A stretch of DNA of 64,000 nt from positions 557,767 to 621,766 of the forward strand of contig CP011214.1 of the NCBI GenBank assembly GCA_001029755.1, written 5' to 3'. The notes beneath the pieces were generated by a model. That model saw only the letters and a list, made by a program, of their open reading frames with translations, had not been told where the DNA came from and made no database searches. Both the position numbers and the translations under genes were made by a program. Below, one piece after another: positions 52,263 to 60,985 of this stretch (its first letter is position 1; every line of letters begins with the position of its first letter). This DNA comes from Candidatus Woesebacteria bacterium GW2011_GWF1_31_35. Its GTDB lineage: Bacteria; Patescibacteriota; Microgenomatia; UBA8517.

Positions 52263-52901
52263 TTACCCTGCAGATCTTTGAGAATATGATTCACCAGAAA
52301 GAAGAAATGAAGTACCTTTCTTTTTATACTGAGACCAATAGTTTTTCTTGTCTGCTCTTTTGCTTGCTCCTTGCATCCAAACAATTGCATTATCAATCTT
52401 TTTTCTAAAATCAGAAATTATTTTAATTATATTTTCAAAAAAACTAATTTGATATTCGGATGCATTTACTGGATTTTGCATTATAGCTACCTTTACCTCT
52501 TGGCTTAAGTTTGCAGTAGATGATGCAAGTTTTAAAGCTTCAGTTGATACAGCTTGAAGTCTTAATCTTAAATCATCAATTTTTCTTTGAGTTTCATCTC
52601 GTTCTTCAGCAAATAGTCTTCTTTCAAAAAATATTTGTTCATTTATTTTTTGTTTTTGTTCTTCTTTGCCTGACATGACTTCAGAAACATCAATTGATCC
52701 TCCTGGAGTTAAATCGCCTGATCTTTTTTCTTGAAGTTTTTTCTGTTGACCTAAAAGTTGTCTGAAAAACTCATCACTTGTTAGTTTAACTTCACTAGCA
52801 GCGGTATTAACAGTTTGAGACCCAATTTCATTAATGGACTCCAAGATATTCTTGGTCCTTATTTGTTTTTGTGTCTTTGTTTTTTGATTTTTATAATCCA
52901 T
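52263..52901 (-). CDS. Conserved hypothetical coiled-coil protein (possibly DUF5660-like)
   Basis: 212-aa ORF downstream of tig; YQISFFE...NYW...FLLSGE...RSAG; family assignment from recall only. Confidence 0.65.
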   Translation of the reverse strand: MDYKNQKTKTQKQIRTKNILESINEIGSQTVNTAASEVKLTSDEFFRQLLGQQKKLQEKRSGDLTPGGSIDVSEVMSGKEEQKQKINEQIFFERRLFAEERDETQRKIDDLRLRLQAVSTEALKLASSTANLSQEVKVAIMQNPVNASEYQISFFENIIKIISDFRKKIDNAIVWMQGASKRADKKNYWSQYKKKGTSFLLSGESYSQRSAG

Positions 52902-52910
52902 TGGCCTATT

Positions 52911-53753
52911 TTACATCAATGATGCAAGTTTATCCAAGGCAGACCTACGTAGTATAACTCTTTTTAAAATATCTCTTTGATCTTTTTCAACTTTAGTAAG
53001 GTCAGATCCTGTTGTTTTAATAAACTCATCTATTTTTTGATCATTAACTTCAATTTTTTCTTCTTTTGCAACTTCATTTAAAATAAGTTCTAGGGAAATT
53101 GCATCTTTTGCTTGTATAGAATATTCAGCTCGTAAATCCTCAGGAGTTTTACCAACTGATTTTAAGTATCCTTCCAAGGATAATCCTAATTTTTCAATTC
53201 TTGAAAGAAGTTGAGAAAGTCTTCCATTTGCTTCTTCTTCAACTAATATTTTTGGAACAGTAATTTTAATTGTTTCTAGTATTGCCTTAATTAAATTACT
53301 TTCCTTTTCATCTTTAGTAATTTCTTTACCAGGAACAATAATTGATTTTGATCTTAATTCTCCTTCAAGTTTTTTCTTGTAATCACCTAAGTAAATTTTA
53401 GGCAGTTCACATGTAATTGCTCTTATTTGCCAATCAGACCCCTTCTCTATTTTAATGGCTTCAAATTTAGGATAGATTGCAGGGTTTAATTTTTCAGAAG
53501 TTACTGCGTCTGAAAAAGCTTTAGGTAAAAGGTGACTTAAAACATGCTCTGTTAAAGTTTCGTTTGAAATTTTTTCTTCAACCTTAGCTAAAGGTGCCAT
53601 CCCTTTTCTAAATCCTGGAACAGTTATATCTTTTGCAAGTTCTTTTATTACTTCTTCTTTTGTTGAGGAAACTAGATCAGTAGGAATTGTGAAAGTAATT
53701 TGAATATTACCATCACCTTCCTTAGCAACGACTGAAGTTATTTTTGAATTCAT
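52911..53753 (-). CDS. tig: Trigger factor lacking the PPIase domain
   Basis: VPGFRKGMAP ribosome-binding signature; 280 aa. Confidence 0.88.
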   Translation of the reverse strand: MNSKITSVVAKEGDGNIQITFTIPTDLVSSTKEEVIKELAKDITVPGFRKGMAPLAKVEEKISNETLTEHVLSHLLPKAFSDAVTSEKLNPAIYPKFEAIKIEKGSDWQIRAITCELPKIYLGDYKKKLEGELRSKSIIVPGKEITKDEKESNLIKAILETIKITVPKILVEEEANGRLSQLLSRIEKLGLSLEGYLKSVGKTPEDLRAEYSIQAKDAISLELILNEVAKEEKIEVNDQKIDEFIKTTGSDLTKVEKDQRDILKRVILRRSALDKLASLM

Positions 53754-53810
53754 AAATTAGGATTATATATTAAAATTTAAAATAAAAAAATTAGGAATAA
53801 AAATAAAAAC

Positions 53811-54008
53811 TTAAGATCCACCTTTATGCTGTGTAACAATCACATTAGTTTTAGGCAAACTAGATTTATCAAACTTTGGAGTCAAAGATCCACCAGCTTT
53901 TAAGCTTTGGTTTATTTTATAAAAGTTTGGTTTACTGAAAATTGATACTCTAGGTACCTTAATAGTATTTGTTTGTTTGTTGTTGGTTGGCAAGCTTTGC
54001 TTATCCAT
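53811..54008 (-). CDS. Small basic hypothetical protein
   Basis: 65-aa ORF ending QHKGGS, divergent from the RRM gene. Confidence 0.5.
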   Translation of the reverse strand: MDKQSLPTNNKQTNTIKVPRVSIFSKPNFYKINQSLKAGGSLTPKFDKSSLPKTNVIVTQHKGGS

Positions 54009-54107
54009 AATCTATATAGTATACTACATATGCCTTCTGTAAGGTCAGGTTTGTCCCCAAGGTAAGGCTTCGGTTTGGAGGTGAAGAATTTAAATTTAAA
54101 TTAAAAT

Positions 54108-54359
54108 ATGAAAAAATTATTTATAGGAAATCTTTCGTGGGAAGTTTCATCTGATGACCTAAGAGCCTTTTTTGCGACATTTGGTACAGTTGTTGATGCC
54201 GTAGTTATTATGGATAGAATGACTGGTAGATCTCGTGGATTCGGTTTTGTAGAAATGGGTACTGAGGAAGAAGCACAAAAAGCATTAGAAGGTAACGGTA
54301 AAGACTTAAAAGGTAGAAACATGAACGTAAACATGGCTAAACCTCAAGAAGATCGTTAA
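54108..54359 (+). CDS. RRM (RNP-1) RNA-binding protein
   Basis: LFIGNL (RNP2) and RGFGFVEM (RNP1). Confidence 0.95.
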   Translation: MKKLFIGNLSWEVSSDDLRAFFATFGTVVDAVVIMDRMTGRSRGFGFVEMGTEEEAQKALEGNGKDLKGRNMNVNMAKPQEDR

Positions 54360-55359
54360 AAACTTTTAAAGTTTTAATTATCACATCTCCCCAAACAGGA
54401 TTCATATTATGATCTGCTTTGGGGTAGATGAGATAAGTCGAATTGACATTTAACTCTCCTAATCTCTTAACAAAATTTTCGCTCCAATTATATGGTACAG
54501 CGTCATCATTTGTTCCTTGGAAGAGTGTTATAGGAGCTTTTATTCTGTCTAAATAGTTAGTTAAAGAATATTTTTCAACATCATAACTGTCTTCAAATTT
54601 TGCTAATTCATTTCTAATAAATTTTCCATGATCATCTGATTCGTCTGTATAGTAAAGAATTGAATAAGGAAAAGGTTTTGTAACAGGTGCCCAAAGCACG
54701 GTTGGATAATTTTCTCCTGTTATTTCTAATGTTGTTATAGCAATTTGTCCCCCATTTGAATGTCCCCAGATAAATATATTTTTACCATCCCAGTTTGAAA
54801 AATTCTCTTTATTAATTGATTTTAATAAAGTTAAAATAGTTACATATGTTTGGAATCTGGATTCAAAAATATTTCCTGATTCAGAATCAGATCCACCATA
54901 ACCTAAAAAATCTGGGGCAATTGTTATATATCCATTTTTAGATAAAAATTCTCCCACTCTTTTTGATCCATCTCCTGTTTTATAATTTTTTTGATCAACA
55001 TAACCTCTAATTAAAACAATAATTGGAAAATGTCCTATTTCTGAAGGAATATTTATAAGTCCAGTAACTTTTTTAAGATTCTTGTTTTCTAAGGTTGGAT
55101 CAAATTTAAATTCAAACATTTTAGATACAAAATTAGAATCAGTTACTAATGTCTCTGTAATATTAATTTTTGAAGGTTCAACTTTAGCCTTACTTAAGTT
55201 TTCAATTGTATATTTTTCTAAGGGTTTAGGTTTATTCCAACTTGGAAGTTCTTGATTTTTATTTAAATAGTTTTTATATAAATCACTTCCCCACCAACCA
55301 ATAGAAACTAAAACTAGACTAATTAAAAAGTATAAGTATATTTGATAATTATTTTTCAT
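54337..55359 (-). CDS. Alpha/beta hydrolase (S9-like), membrane anchored
   Basis: APDFLGYGGS, WGHSNGG, QGTNDDAVP, ADHN. Confidence 0.88.
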   Translation of the reverse strand: MKNNYQIYLYFLISLVLVSIGWWGSDLYKNYLNKNQELPSWNKPKPLEKYTIENLSKAKVEPSKINITETLVTDSNFVSKMFEFKFDPTLENKNLKKVTGLINIPSEIGHFPIIVLIRGYVDQKNYKTGDGSKRVGEFLSKNGYITIAPDFLGYGGSDSESGNIFESRFQTYVTILTLLKSINKENFSNWDGKNIFIWGHSNGGQIAITTLEITGENYPTVLWAPVTKPFPYSILYYTDESDDHGKFIRNELAKFEDSYDVEKYSLTNYLDRIKAPITLFQGTNDDAVPYNWSENFVKRLGELNVNSTYLIYPKADHNMNPVWGDVIIKTLKVFNDLLEV

Positions 55360-55375
55360 TTTTTAATTAAGTATG

Positions 55376-55403
55376 TTGACATTTTTTGATACTAATATAT
55401 AAT
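55376..55403 (+). promoter_or_regulatory. Consensus sigma70 promoter driving a small RNA
   Basis: TTGACA(55376-55381)-16 nt-TATAAT(55398-55403); no downstream + strand ORF. Confidence 0.75.
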
Positions 55404-55410
55404 TCTATCT

Positions 55411-55472
55411 TAGACAGAAACGCGTGGGCGCGGACTTGATTCCGATCTCGCCCAAAGCACTGTCTATTTTTT
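55411..55472 (+). ncRNA. Structured small RNA convergent on the DUF3800 gene
   Basis: TAGACAG/CTGTCTA, TGGGCG/CGCCCA, CGGA/TCCG nested stems; U-tract follows; GC-rich island. Confidence 0.72.
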
Positions 55473-56210
55473 TGATTTAAAATTTATCTCTTTAATTTTA
55501 AAGATTCTATCAAAACTCATTTTCCTCTCAATGTTATTATTAAGAACAGGTTCATTTAATTTAGATTGCAAATATTTTAATACACGTAATTTAGGATTTT
55601 TGTTATCAGGTTTAATTTGATGAAATTTTATTTTAAAAGAGTAAGCTACTAAACCCACTAATACATCTACCATTTGTAGCATTGTAAAAGCATGTGATTC
55701 GGCTCTTATAATACCAAAAAGAGCATTCCTTCTAAGTCTTTTCTTAATTTTGATTTTAATAGATTTTTCGAAATTATCGTCTTTTGGTGTTGTAACATCA
55801 TCTGCTATGACTGCAATATATTCAGAAATGTCTAGTGATTCAGAAATTAATTTTGCCGTAAAAGCATTATATGCACTATATTGGTTATCTTTGTGGTATT
55901 TTTTAATGTCAATGGAATCTTTATCAAAGACTGTGACTGAAAAATAGGTAAATTTAGTATCAAAATAAACGTCAATTAGTTTTTTATATATGTTTATATT
56001 TTTGTTTGCTATATCGGTTGATTTAAATTCAGCTTTGATTTTATATCTATTTTTAAGCTCAACTATTTTTCTGTGAAGTTCAGTGGGATGTTGTAATTTA
56101 ATTAATCCCAAAGCAAACACTCTTTCGTTTGGAGTTTTAAGATGTCCAGATTCATCAAGAAAACCAAAAACGTGATTAACAGATTTTGGTCCAGGTTTAG
56201 AATTCTGCAT
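55464..56210 (-). CDS. DUF3800 domain protein (RNase H-like acidic motifs)
   Basis: FLDESG near the N-terminus, EFKS, ES..F.MLQMVD near the C-terminus. Confidence 0.8.
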   Translation of the reverse strand: MQNSKPGPKSVNHVFGFLDESGHLKTPNERVFALGLIKLQHPTELHRKIVELKNRYKIKAEFKSTDIANKNINIYKKLIDVYFDTKFTYFSVTVFDKDSIDIKKYHKDNQYSAYNAFTAKLISESLDISEYIAVIADDVTTPKDDNFEKSIKIKIKKRLRRNALFGIIRAESHAFTMLQMVDVLVGLVAYSFKIKFHQIKPDNKNPKLRVLKYLQSKLNEPVLNNNIERKMSFDRIFKIKEINFKSKK

Positions 56211-56299
56211 ATGTAATTAATGTTATATATTATTTGCAATTATTGCAATGGTATATTTTATATATTGCATTCGGTATTTATTTGGTTTAAAAATAAAGT

Positions 56300-56542
56300 A
56301 TGAGTACCCAAATAATAGGCGAAAAAGTAAACGTAATTTTAGCTTCTAAAACTCCAGTCTCTCTTTCTTGGCGAGGCCGAGATTATAAAATTACAAAAAT
56401 AGGACTTCACCACAATTTATATGAAGGTAAGACATTAATCCATATTTTTTCAGTTCTTTCAGGTACCCTTTTTTTAAAACTTAAATTTAATACCAAAAAC
56501 TTAGAATGGACTTTACTAGAAATTTATGATGAGAAATTTTAA
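56300..56542 (+). CDS. Small conserved protein preceding the Y-family polymerase
   Basis: PVSLSWRGRDYKI...HIFSV...LEWTL; overlaps the dinB-like start. Confidence 0.7.
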   Translation: MSTQIIGEKVNVILASKTPVSLSWRGRDYKITKIGLHHNLYEGKTLIHIFSVLSGTLFLKLKFNTKNLEWTLLEIYDEKF

Positions 56543-57737
56543 TAAATCTAAGCCTTTAGTAGTTCACCTTGATATTAATTCTTGTTTTGCAACAATTGAA
56601 CAACAAGCAAACCCACTTCTTAGGGGAAAACCTATTGTTGTTGCTGCTTACAATTTTCCTGGTGGATGTATATTAACTGCTTCAATTGAAGCTAAAAAAC
56701 TAGGAATTAAAACTGGAATGAGGGTTAAAGATGGAAAACTCATTTGCCCTAAGTTAATTGTTCTTATACCGGATCCTAATAAATATAGAGTAGTTCATAA
56801 AAAACTTTATAATTTACTTTCTAAATTTTCAGAAAAAGTAATTCCAAAATCAATTGATGAATTTGTTTTTAAGCTTATTAATCCTAATACTTATTTTTTT
56901 GTGATTAAAGAAATTAAAAAAAGAATAAAATTAGAAATTGGAGAATGGATTACTGTTTCTGTTGGAATTTCTACCAATAGATATTTAGCCAAAGTTGCCG
57001 CTAGTTTAATTAAACCAGATGGGTTAGTTGAAATTAACAAAGATAATTATCAGTTAGTTTTTTCTAAATTAAAACTAACTGATTTAACAGGAATTAAGAA
57101 AAGGAATGAAGGAAGACTTAAAAGTGTAGGAATAAAAACAGTTTTAGATTTTTATGAAAGCCCTATTTGGAAACTTAAATTAGCATTTGGTGGAATTACG
57201 GGGCTTTATTGGCATACAAGGCTTCATGGGTATGAAGTGGATGATTTTGAATCAAAAAGATGTATGTTTGGTAATTCATATGCTCCACCATTTGATAAAT
57301 CTAATATGCCTTTAGAAATTTTATCTAAACTTTGTCAAAAAACAGGTTTTAGGCTAAGAAAAGCAAATTTAAAAGCAAATGGAATCCATTTAGCACTTGA
57401 AGCAAGAGATGGAAATTTTTGGCATATGGGAAAAAAGATTTCAAAAGAATTATTTGAAAGTGGAGATATTTATAAAGAAGCAGTAAAGCTATTAATTTTA
57501 AGTCCAATAAAGACTTCTTTTAAAAATATTGCAGTCTCTGTCTTTGATTTAACAGAAAAAAGTATTTTACAATTAGAGATATTTGATGATGTTTTAAGAA
57601 AGGAAGATCTAAGCAAAAGTTTGGATAAAATTAACGAAAAATGGGGAAATTTTTATATTCATCCTGCTAGAATGATTAAAATAAAAGAGAGTATAAAAGA
57701 TAGAATCTCTTTTGGATCACTCGATCAAATTTACTGA
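56526..57737 (+). CDS. Y-family DNA polymerase (DinB/UmuC-like)
   Basis: HLDINSCFATIE, SIEAKKLGIKTGM, SIDE, SVGISTNRYLAKVA. Confidence 0.92.
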   Translation: MMRNFNKSKPLVVHLDINSCFATIEQQANPLLRGKPIVVAAYNFPGGCILTASIEAKKLGIKTGMRVKDGKLICPKLIVLIPDPNKYRVVHKKLYNLLSKFSEKVIPKSIDEFVFKLINPNTYFFVIKEIKKRIKLEIGEWITVSVGISTNRYLAKVAASLIKPDGLVEINKDNYQLVFSKLKLTDLTGIKKRNEGRLKSVGIKTVLDFYESPIWKLKLAFGGITGLYWHTRLHGYEVDDFESKRCMFGNSYAPPFDKSNMPLEILSKLCQKTGFRLRKANLKANGIHLALEARDGNFWHMGKKISKELFESGDIYKEAVKLLILSPIKTSFKNIAVSVFDLTEKSILQLEIFDDVLRKEDLSKSLDKINEKWGNFYIHPARMIKIKESIKDRISFGSLDQIY

Positions 57738-58208
57738 ATCTCCAATTTCTAACTTATTTTTGTCAGAAAAACCTGCATTCACTTCTAAAACATAATTAAT
57801 TGAAGAGGGAGCTGAATATCTTATTAGTTTACTATCTTCAATGCCTATTTCAGGCTGAACGTTTTTATCAATTTTAATTATTTTTTTATCATTAATCCAA
57901 ATAATATCAAGAGCAATTTTAGTATCTTTCATCCAAAATGTAGGTTTACTACCATCATCGAAAACAAAAAGCATACCAGAATTTTCACCAAGTTTATCTC
58001 TTCCACCCAAGCCTTTTGCTCTTTCTATGTTTGTTTTAGCTAGTTCGACATCAATTTGAAGATTATTAATTTTTAAAATTTTTGTGTTTACTGTTAGTTC
58101 TGTTGCCTTTGAAGGGAAAAAATTATTAAGTTTTCCTTGGGATAAAAGACCTACAAAAGTTATAAATACTGCTACAGCTATAAGTGGAAGAAAAAGAGAT
58201 TTAAACAT
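57717..58208 (-). CDS. DUF192 domain protein
   Basis: VELA...RAKGL...GMLFVF...FWMKDT...LDIIW...YVLEVNAG. Confidence 0.92.
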   Translation of the reverse strand: MFKSLFLPLIAVAVFITFVGLLSQGKLNNFFPSKATELTVNTKILKINNLQIDVELAKTNIERAKGLGGRDKLGENSGMLFVFDDGSKPTFWMKDTKIALDIIWINDKKIIKIDKNVQPEIGIEDSKLIRYSAPSSINYVLEVNAGFSDKNKLEIGDSVNLIE

Positions 58209-58219
58209 TTAGTAATAAC

Positions 58220-58456
58220 TTATTTTAATTCTTTTTCAATCAAGGCCAATTCTGCATCAATTGTATCTAAATTAGTTTCATTTAAATCCTTTTCAATAGC
58301 TACCAATTCGTCTGATTTGGAAGTCGATTCAATTTTATTAATACTAGTCTCAAACTTAACTGGAGATGTGAGTTTGTTTGATGATATTAAATATGCAAAA
58401 AAACCAAAAACCATAACTAATATCGAAAGTAAAACTAAAATACCTTTATCTTTCAT
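58220..58456 (-). CDS. Small membrane-anchored hypothetical protein
   Basis: N-terminal TM helix; SDELVAIEKDL. Confidence 0.65.
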   Translation of the reverse strand: MKDKGILVLLSILVMVFGFFAYLISSNKLTSPVKFETSINKIESTSKSDELVAIEKDLNETNLDTIDAELALIEKELK

Positions 58457-58995
58457 TTAGTATCTCCTACTCTAAGACCTTTTAAATCCCCTACTGTTTG
58501 GACTAATAGTTTATGAATTTCTTTTAAGTTATTTTTAATTGATTTTATTGAATCTCTTACCAATTTAAAATCTTCTTGGGGAGTATTAGAAACTAGTATG
58601 TCATCTATAGATAGAGAACTAAGCTTGGTTTTAACTCCAGTAAGCATTAATTTAGCTTTCCCAATATCAGTTTTTGCTTTAGCTGTATTAATTTTTCCTT
58701 CAGTATCTGAAGCATCAATTTTAGTAATTCTTGAATCAAGTCTATCAATTAACTTTTGGATTCTTTCAACTGTAGCCTCAAGCCTAACTATCATTTTAGA
58801 ATAGAAAGACATAATTCTTTCTCTTCTAATAGCTGTAATTTTTTGGTTAACTTCTCCTTTTTTGAATTCAACTTTTATATTAGCCCCTTCTCTTTTTTGA
58901 GAACCCACAGAAGTCGGAGTTGATGTTTGTGCTGAAACTAGTGGTACAAAGATTAAAAACGTTAGAAAGCTTATCAAAAATAGTTTTAATTTCAT
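58453..58995 (-). CDS. Secreted helical/coiled-coil hypothetical protein
   Basis: Signal peptide VSA|Q; heptad pattern. Confidence 0.7.
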   Translation of the reverse strand: MKLKLFLISFLTFLIFVPLVSAQTSTPTSVGSQKREGANIKVEFKKGEVNQKITAIRRERIMSFYSKMIVRLEATVERIQKLIDRLDSRITKIDASDTEGKINTAKAKTDIGKAKLMLTGVKTKLSSLSIDDILVSNTPQEDFKLVRDSIKSIKNNLKEIHKLLVQTVGDLKGLRVGDTK

Positions 58996-59004
58996 AGATA
59001 AATC

Positions 59005-59121
59005 CTACACTAATAACTTAAAAAGAGCAAGAATGGTGAAGAAAATGCCAATTGGAATAAACAAAAGAAGTACAGATAAAGTATCTTTCTCCTTTTTAGT
59101 AAATGCATGTATTGTATTCAT
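59005..59121 (-). CDS. Unannotated 38-aa single-TM microprotein
   Basis: MNTIHAFTKKEKDTLSVLLLFIPIGIFFTILALFKLLV; AAGGT SD; first gene of the operon. Confidence 0.55.
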   Translation of the reverse strand: MNTIHAFTKKEKDTLSVLLLFIPIGIFFTILALFKLLV

Positions 59122-59339
59122 TTTAAGTTACCTTTAAAGCGTTGGATATATTACTATATTTTAATCTTTAATATTTTAATGATACACCAAAACAAGATAA
59201 AATTTCAGTTAAGTAATCGAATTTACTTAATAATTTCCACAATTGTAAATATATGTAAAGTGTAGACATATTTGATATCGATTTTCGAATTGTTATGTGA
59301 ATTTTTAAAAAGTGTTATATTTAATATATAAAGGTATAT

Positions 59340-59855
59340 ATGTTTAAACTTAATGAAGAAAAATATAAAGAAGTAATATTGTACTTGGCTAAAAATGTAG
59401 GTCAGGGCGGTGTTTATGGTAAAAAGAAAATGTATAAATTATTGTATTATGTGGATTTTGATTTTTTTGAAAAGTATGAAAAACCCATAACTGGAGATAT
59501 TTATCACAAATTACCTATGGGACCAGCTCCATCGTATTTTGATGTAATTGCACTTGAGTTAAAGAAAGAGGGAAATTTACAAATAAATAAAAGCAAGTCT
59601 GGTAATGGATATAATGATGCTGTTGTCTATAAAGCATTAACTGATCCTAAGGTGGATATTTTTTCGAAAGACGAAAAGAAGATGCTAGATAGGGTTATTA
59701 AACTTTATGGTGATAAAACAGGTCATCAACTTGAAATATTAACTCACAAAGAGGCGCCATACTTGGCAGTAGATGAAGGTGAAGGAATGCCTTTAGAGTT
59801 TGCACATTACAGAGGAACTTCCTTATATGCTCGACCTATTCAAGTACAAGCATAA
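59340..59855 (+). CDS. Panacea/SocA-like (DUF4065) antitoxin domain protein
   Basis: KLLYYVDF...PITGD.Y.KLPMGP...LTHKEAPY. Confidence 0.85.
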   Translation: MFKLNEEKYKEVILYLAKNVGQGGVYGKKKMYKLLYYVDFDFFEKYEKPITGDIYHKLPMGPAPSYFDVIALELKKEGNLQINKSKSGNGYNDAVVYKALTDPKVDIFSKDEKKMLDRVIKLYGDKTGHQLEILTHKEAPYLAVDEGEGMPLEFAHYRGTSLYARPIQVQA

Positions 59856-59908
59856 TTATAACAGTTTTAGATACTCGAAACTACTTGTAGGAATAAGAGG
59901 AATGGAAG

Positions 59909-60544
59909 TTATTTCAAATAATTTTCTTTACAATATTGAATCGATTTTGATAAATCTCCTTTAGTTTCTTCAACACCAGATCGACCAGACCAAAGTGAAG
60001 CAACATTAAATCTGGATGGTCTTTGAGATGAGTCATTAGATCTTGGAGATTTATTTAATTTTTCCATTTCTGAGTCTGTTAAAAATATTGAATCAGAACG
60101 AGAAAGCTCATTTATTAAAGAACTCCAATCATTATCAGAAAAAGACCCTTGGTATTCGCTTTCTCTAGTTGGATACCAAGAAAGTATTTCTTTTATACCG
60201 GTCAATTGAATATTAGAAGCCATAGAATCAAACAAAGTATCAACAATGCGAATTGCTCTTGATTCATCTGAACTCTTTGTTGTATTTAGTAAACCTACAA
60301 TTTGTTCAGCTCTTTGAGAATTATCAAAATAGTTAGAAAGCTTATCCCAGCTTTTAGAAAATATCATAAGCCCAAATGTTCCCAACCGATGTACTACAAA
60401 CTTTTGATCATTCTTTTTTGTCAGAAGTGCGTTCGCTACTCTTCCCCACGATTTTTCTTCACTAAGTGTATCAAGCCATTCTTTAGTCTCCTGCCAATTC
60501 ACAGGTTCTTGATATTTTTCTAGCTTTTCATGTAGATCAGCCAT
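59909..60544 (-). CDS. Hypothetical protein
   Basis: 211-aa ORF with TGnTAGAAT 6 nt upstream of the ATG. Confidence 0.65.
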   Translation of the reverse strand: MADLHEKLEKYQEPVNWQETKEWLDTLSEEKSWGRVANALLTKKNDQKFVVHRLGTFGLMIFSKSWDKLSNYFDNSQRAEQIVGLLNTTKSSDESRAIRIVDTLFDSMASNIQLTGIKEILSWYPTRESEYQGSFSDNDWSSLINELSRSDSIFLTDSEMEKLNKSPRSNDSSQRPSRFNVASLWSGRSGVEETKGDLSKSIQYCKENYLK

Positions 60545-60723
60545 GGTCTTATTCTAGCATGTTTTATAGAAAAAAGTTATGTTAAACTGAATTAGAATAC
60601 TAACAAATTTTTACATTTCCCCCCCCTTTAAATAAACGGGTTTCGTTTTTGCCGAATTCACCATACAATTTGCTTGCGTCGTCCACATTTGACGCGAGCA
60701 ATTTGAAGCTAACTCCTGAGTTG

Positions 60724-60807
60724 TGTCGGAGACAGGACTTGAACCTGCAAGGAGTTGCCTCCACAGGATCCTAAATCCTGCGCGTCTACCAATTTCGCCA
60801 CTCCGAC
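60724..60807 (-). tRNA. tRNA-Leu(TAG)
   Basis: Cloverleaf with long variable arm; CAGGA-TTTAGGA-TCCTG. Confidence 0.94.
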
Positions 60808-60860
60808 ATAGTTAATATTTTATCATTTATTATAATAAATGACCAAGCTTTGTTTATCAC

Positions 60861-60942
60861 AAAAAAAAGCCCCTCCATAAAGAAGGGGCTTGTAGAAATT
60901 CTAACGCCGTATCTTGTAAACAAGTACAGCCTCAGAACGTGA
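60861..60942 (-). ncRNA. Candidate stand-alone sRNA of about 80 nt
   Basis: TTGACA-17-TATAGT promoter (60976-60948); long hairpin; AAGCCCCT/AGGGGCTT terminator plus U-tract; no ORF. Confidence 0.62.
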
Positions 60943-60985
60943 TTGGTACTATAATATAATATTATAGGTTTGTCAAGTTTTACAA

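Noticed and set aside
52100-52396. 98-aa ORF as a real gene
   Set aside because: The N-terminal half overlaps the 52263..52901 gene out of frame and the end runs into tRNA-Val; only the C-terminal part looks like a remnant.
54040-54075. Possible SRP RNA (GGTCAGG)
   Set aside because: No GNRA tetraloop or AGCAG partner and no long closing helix.
60560-60587. dif-like site: TTATGTTAAAC resembles a XerD arm
   Set aside because: The best left arm gives a 5-bp spacer rather than 6 bp, and the match is plausible by chance in AT-rich DNA.
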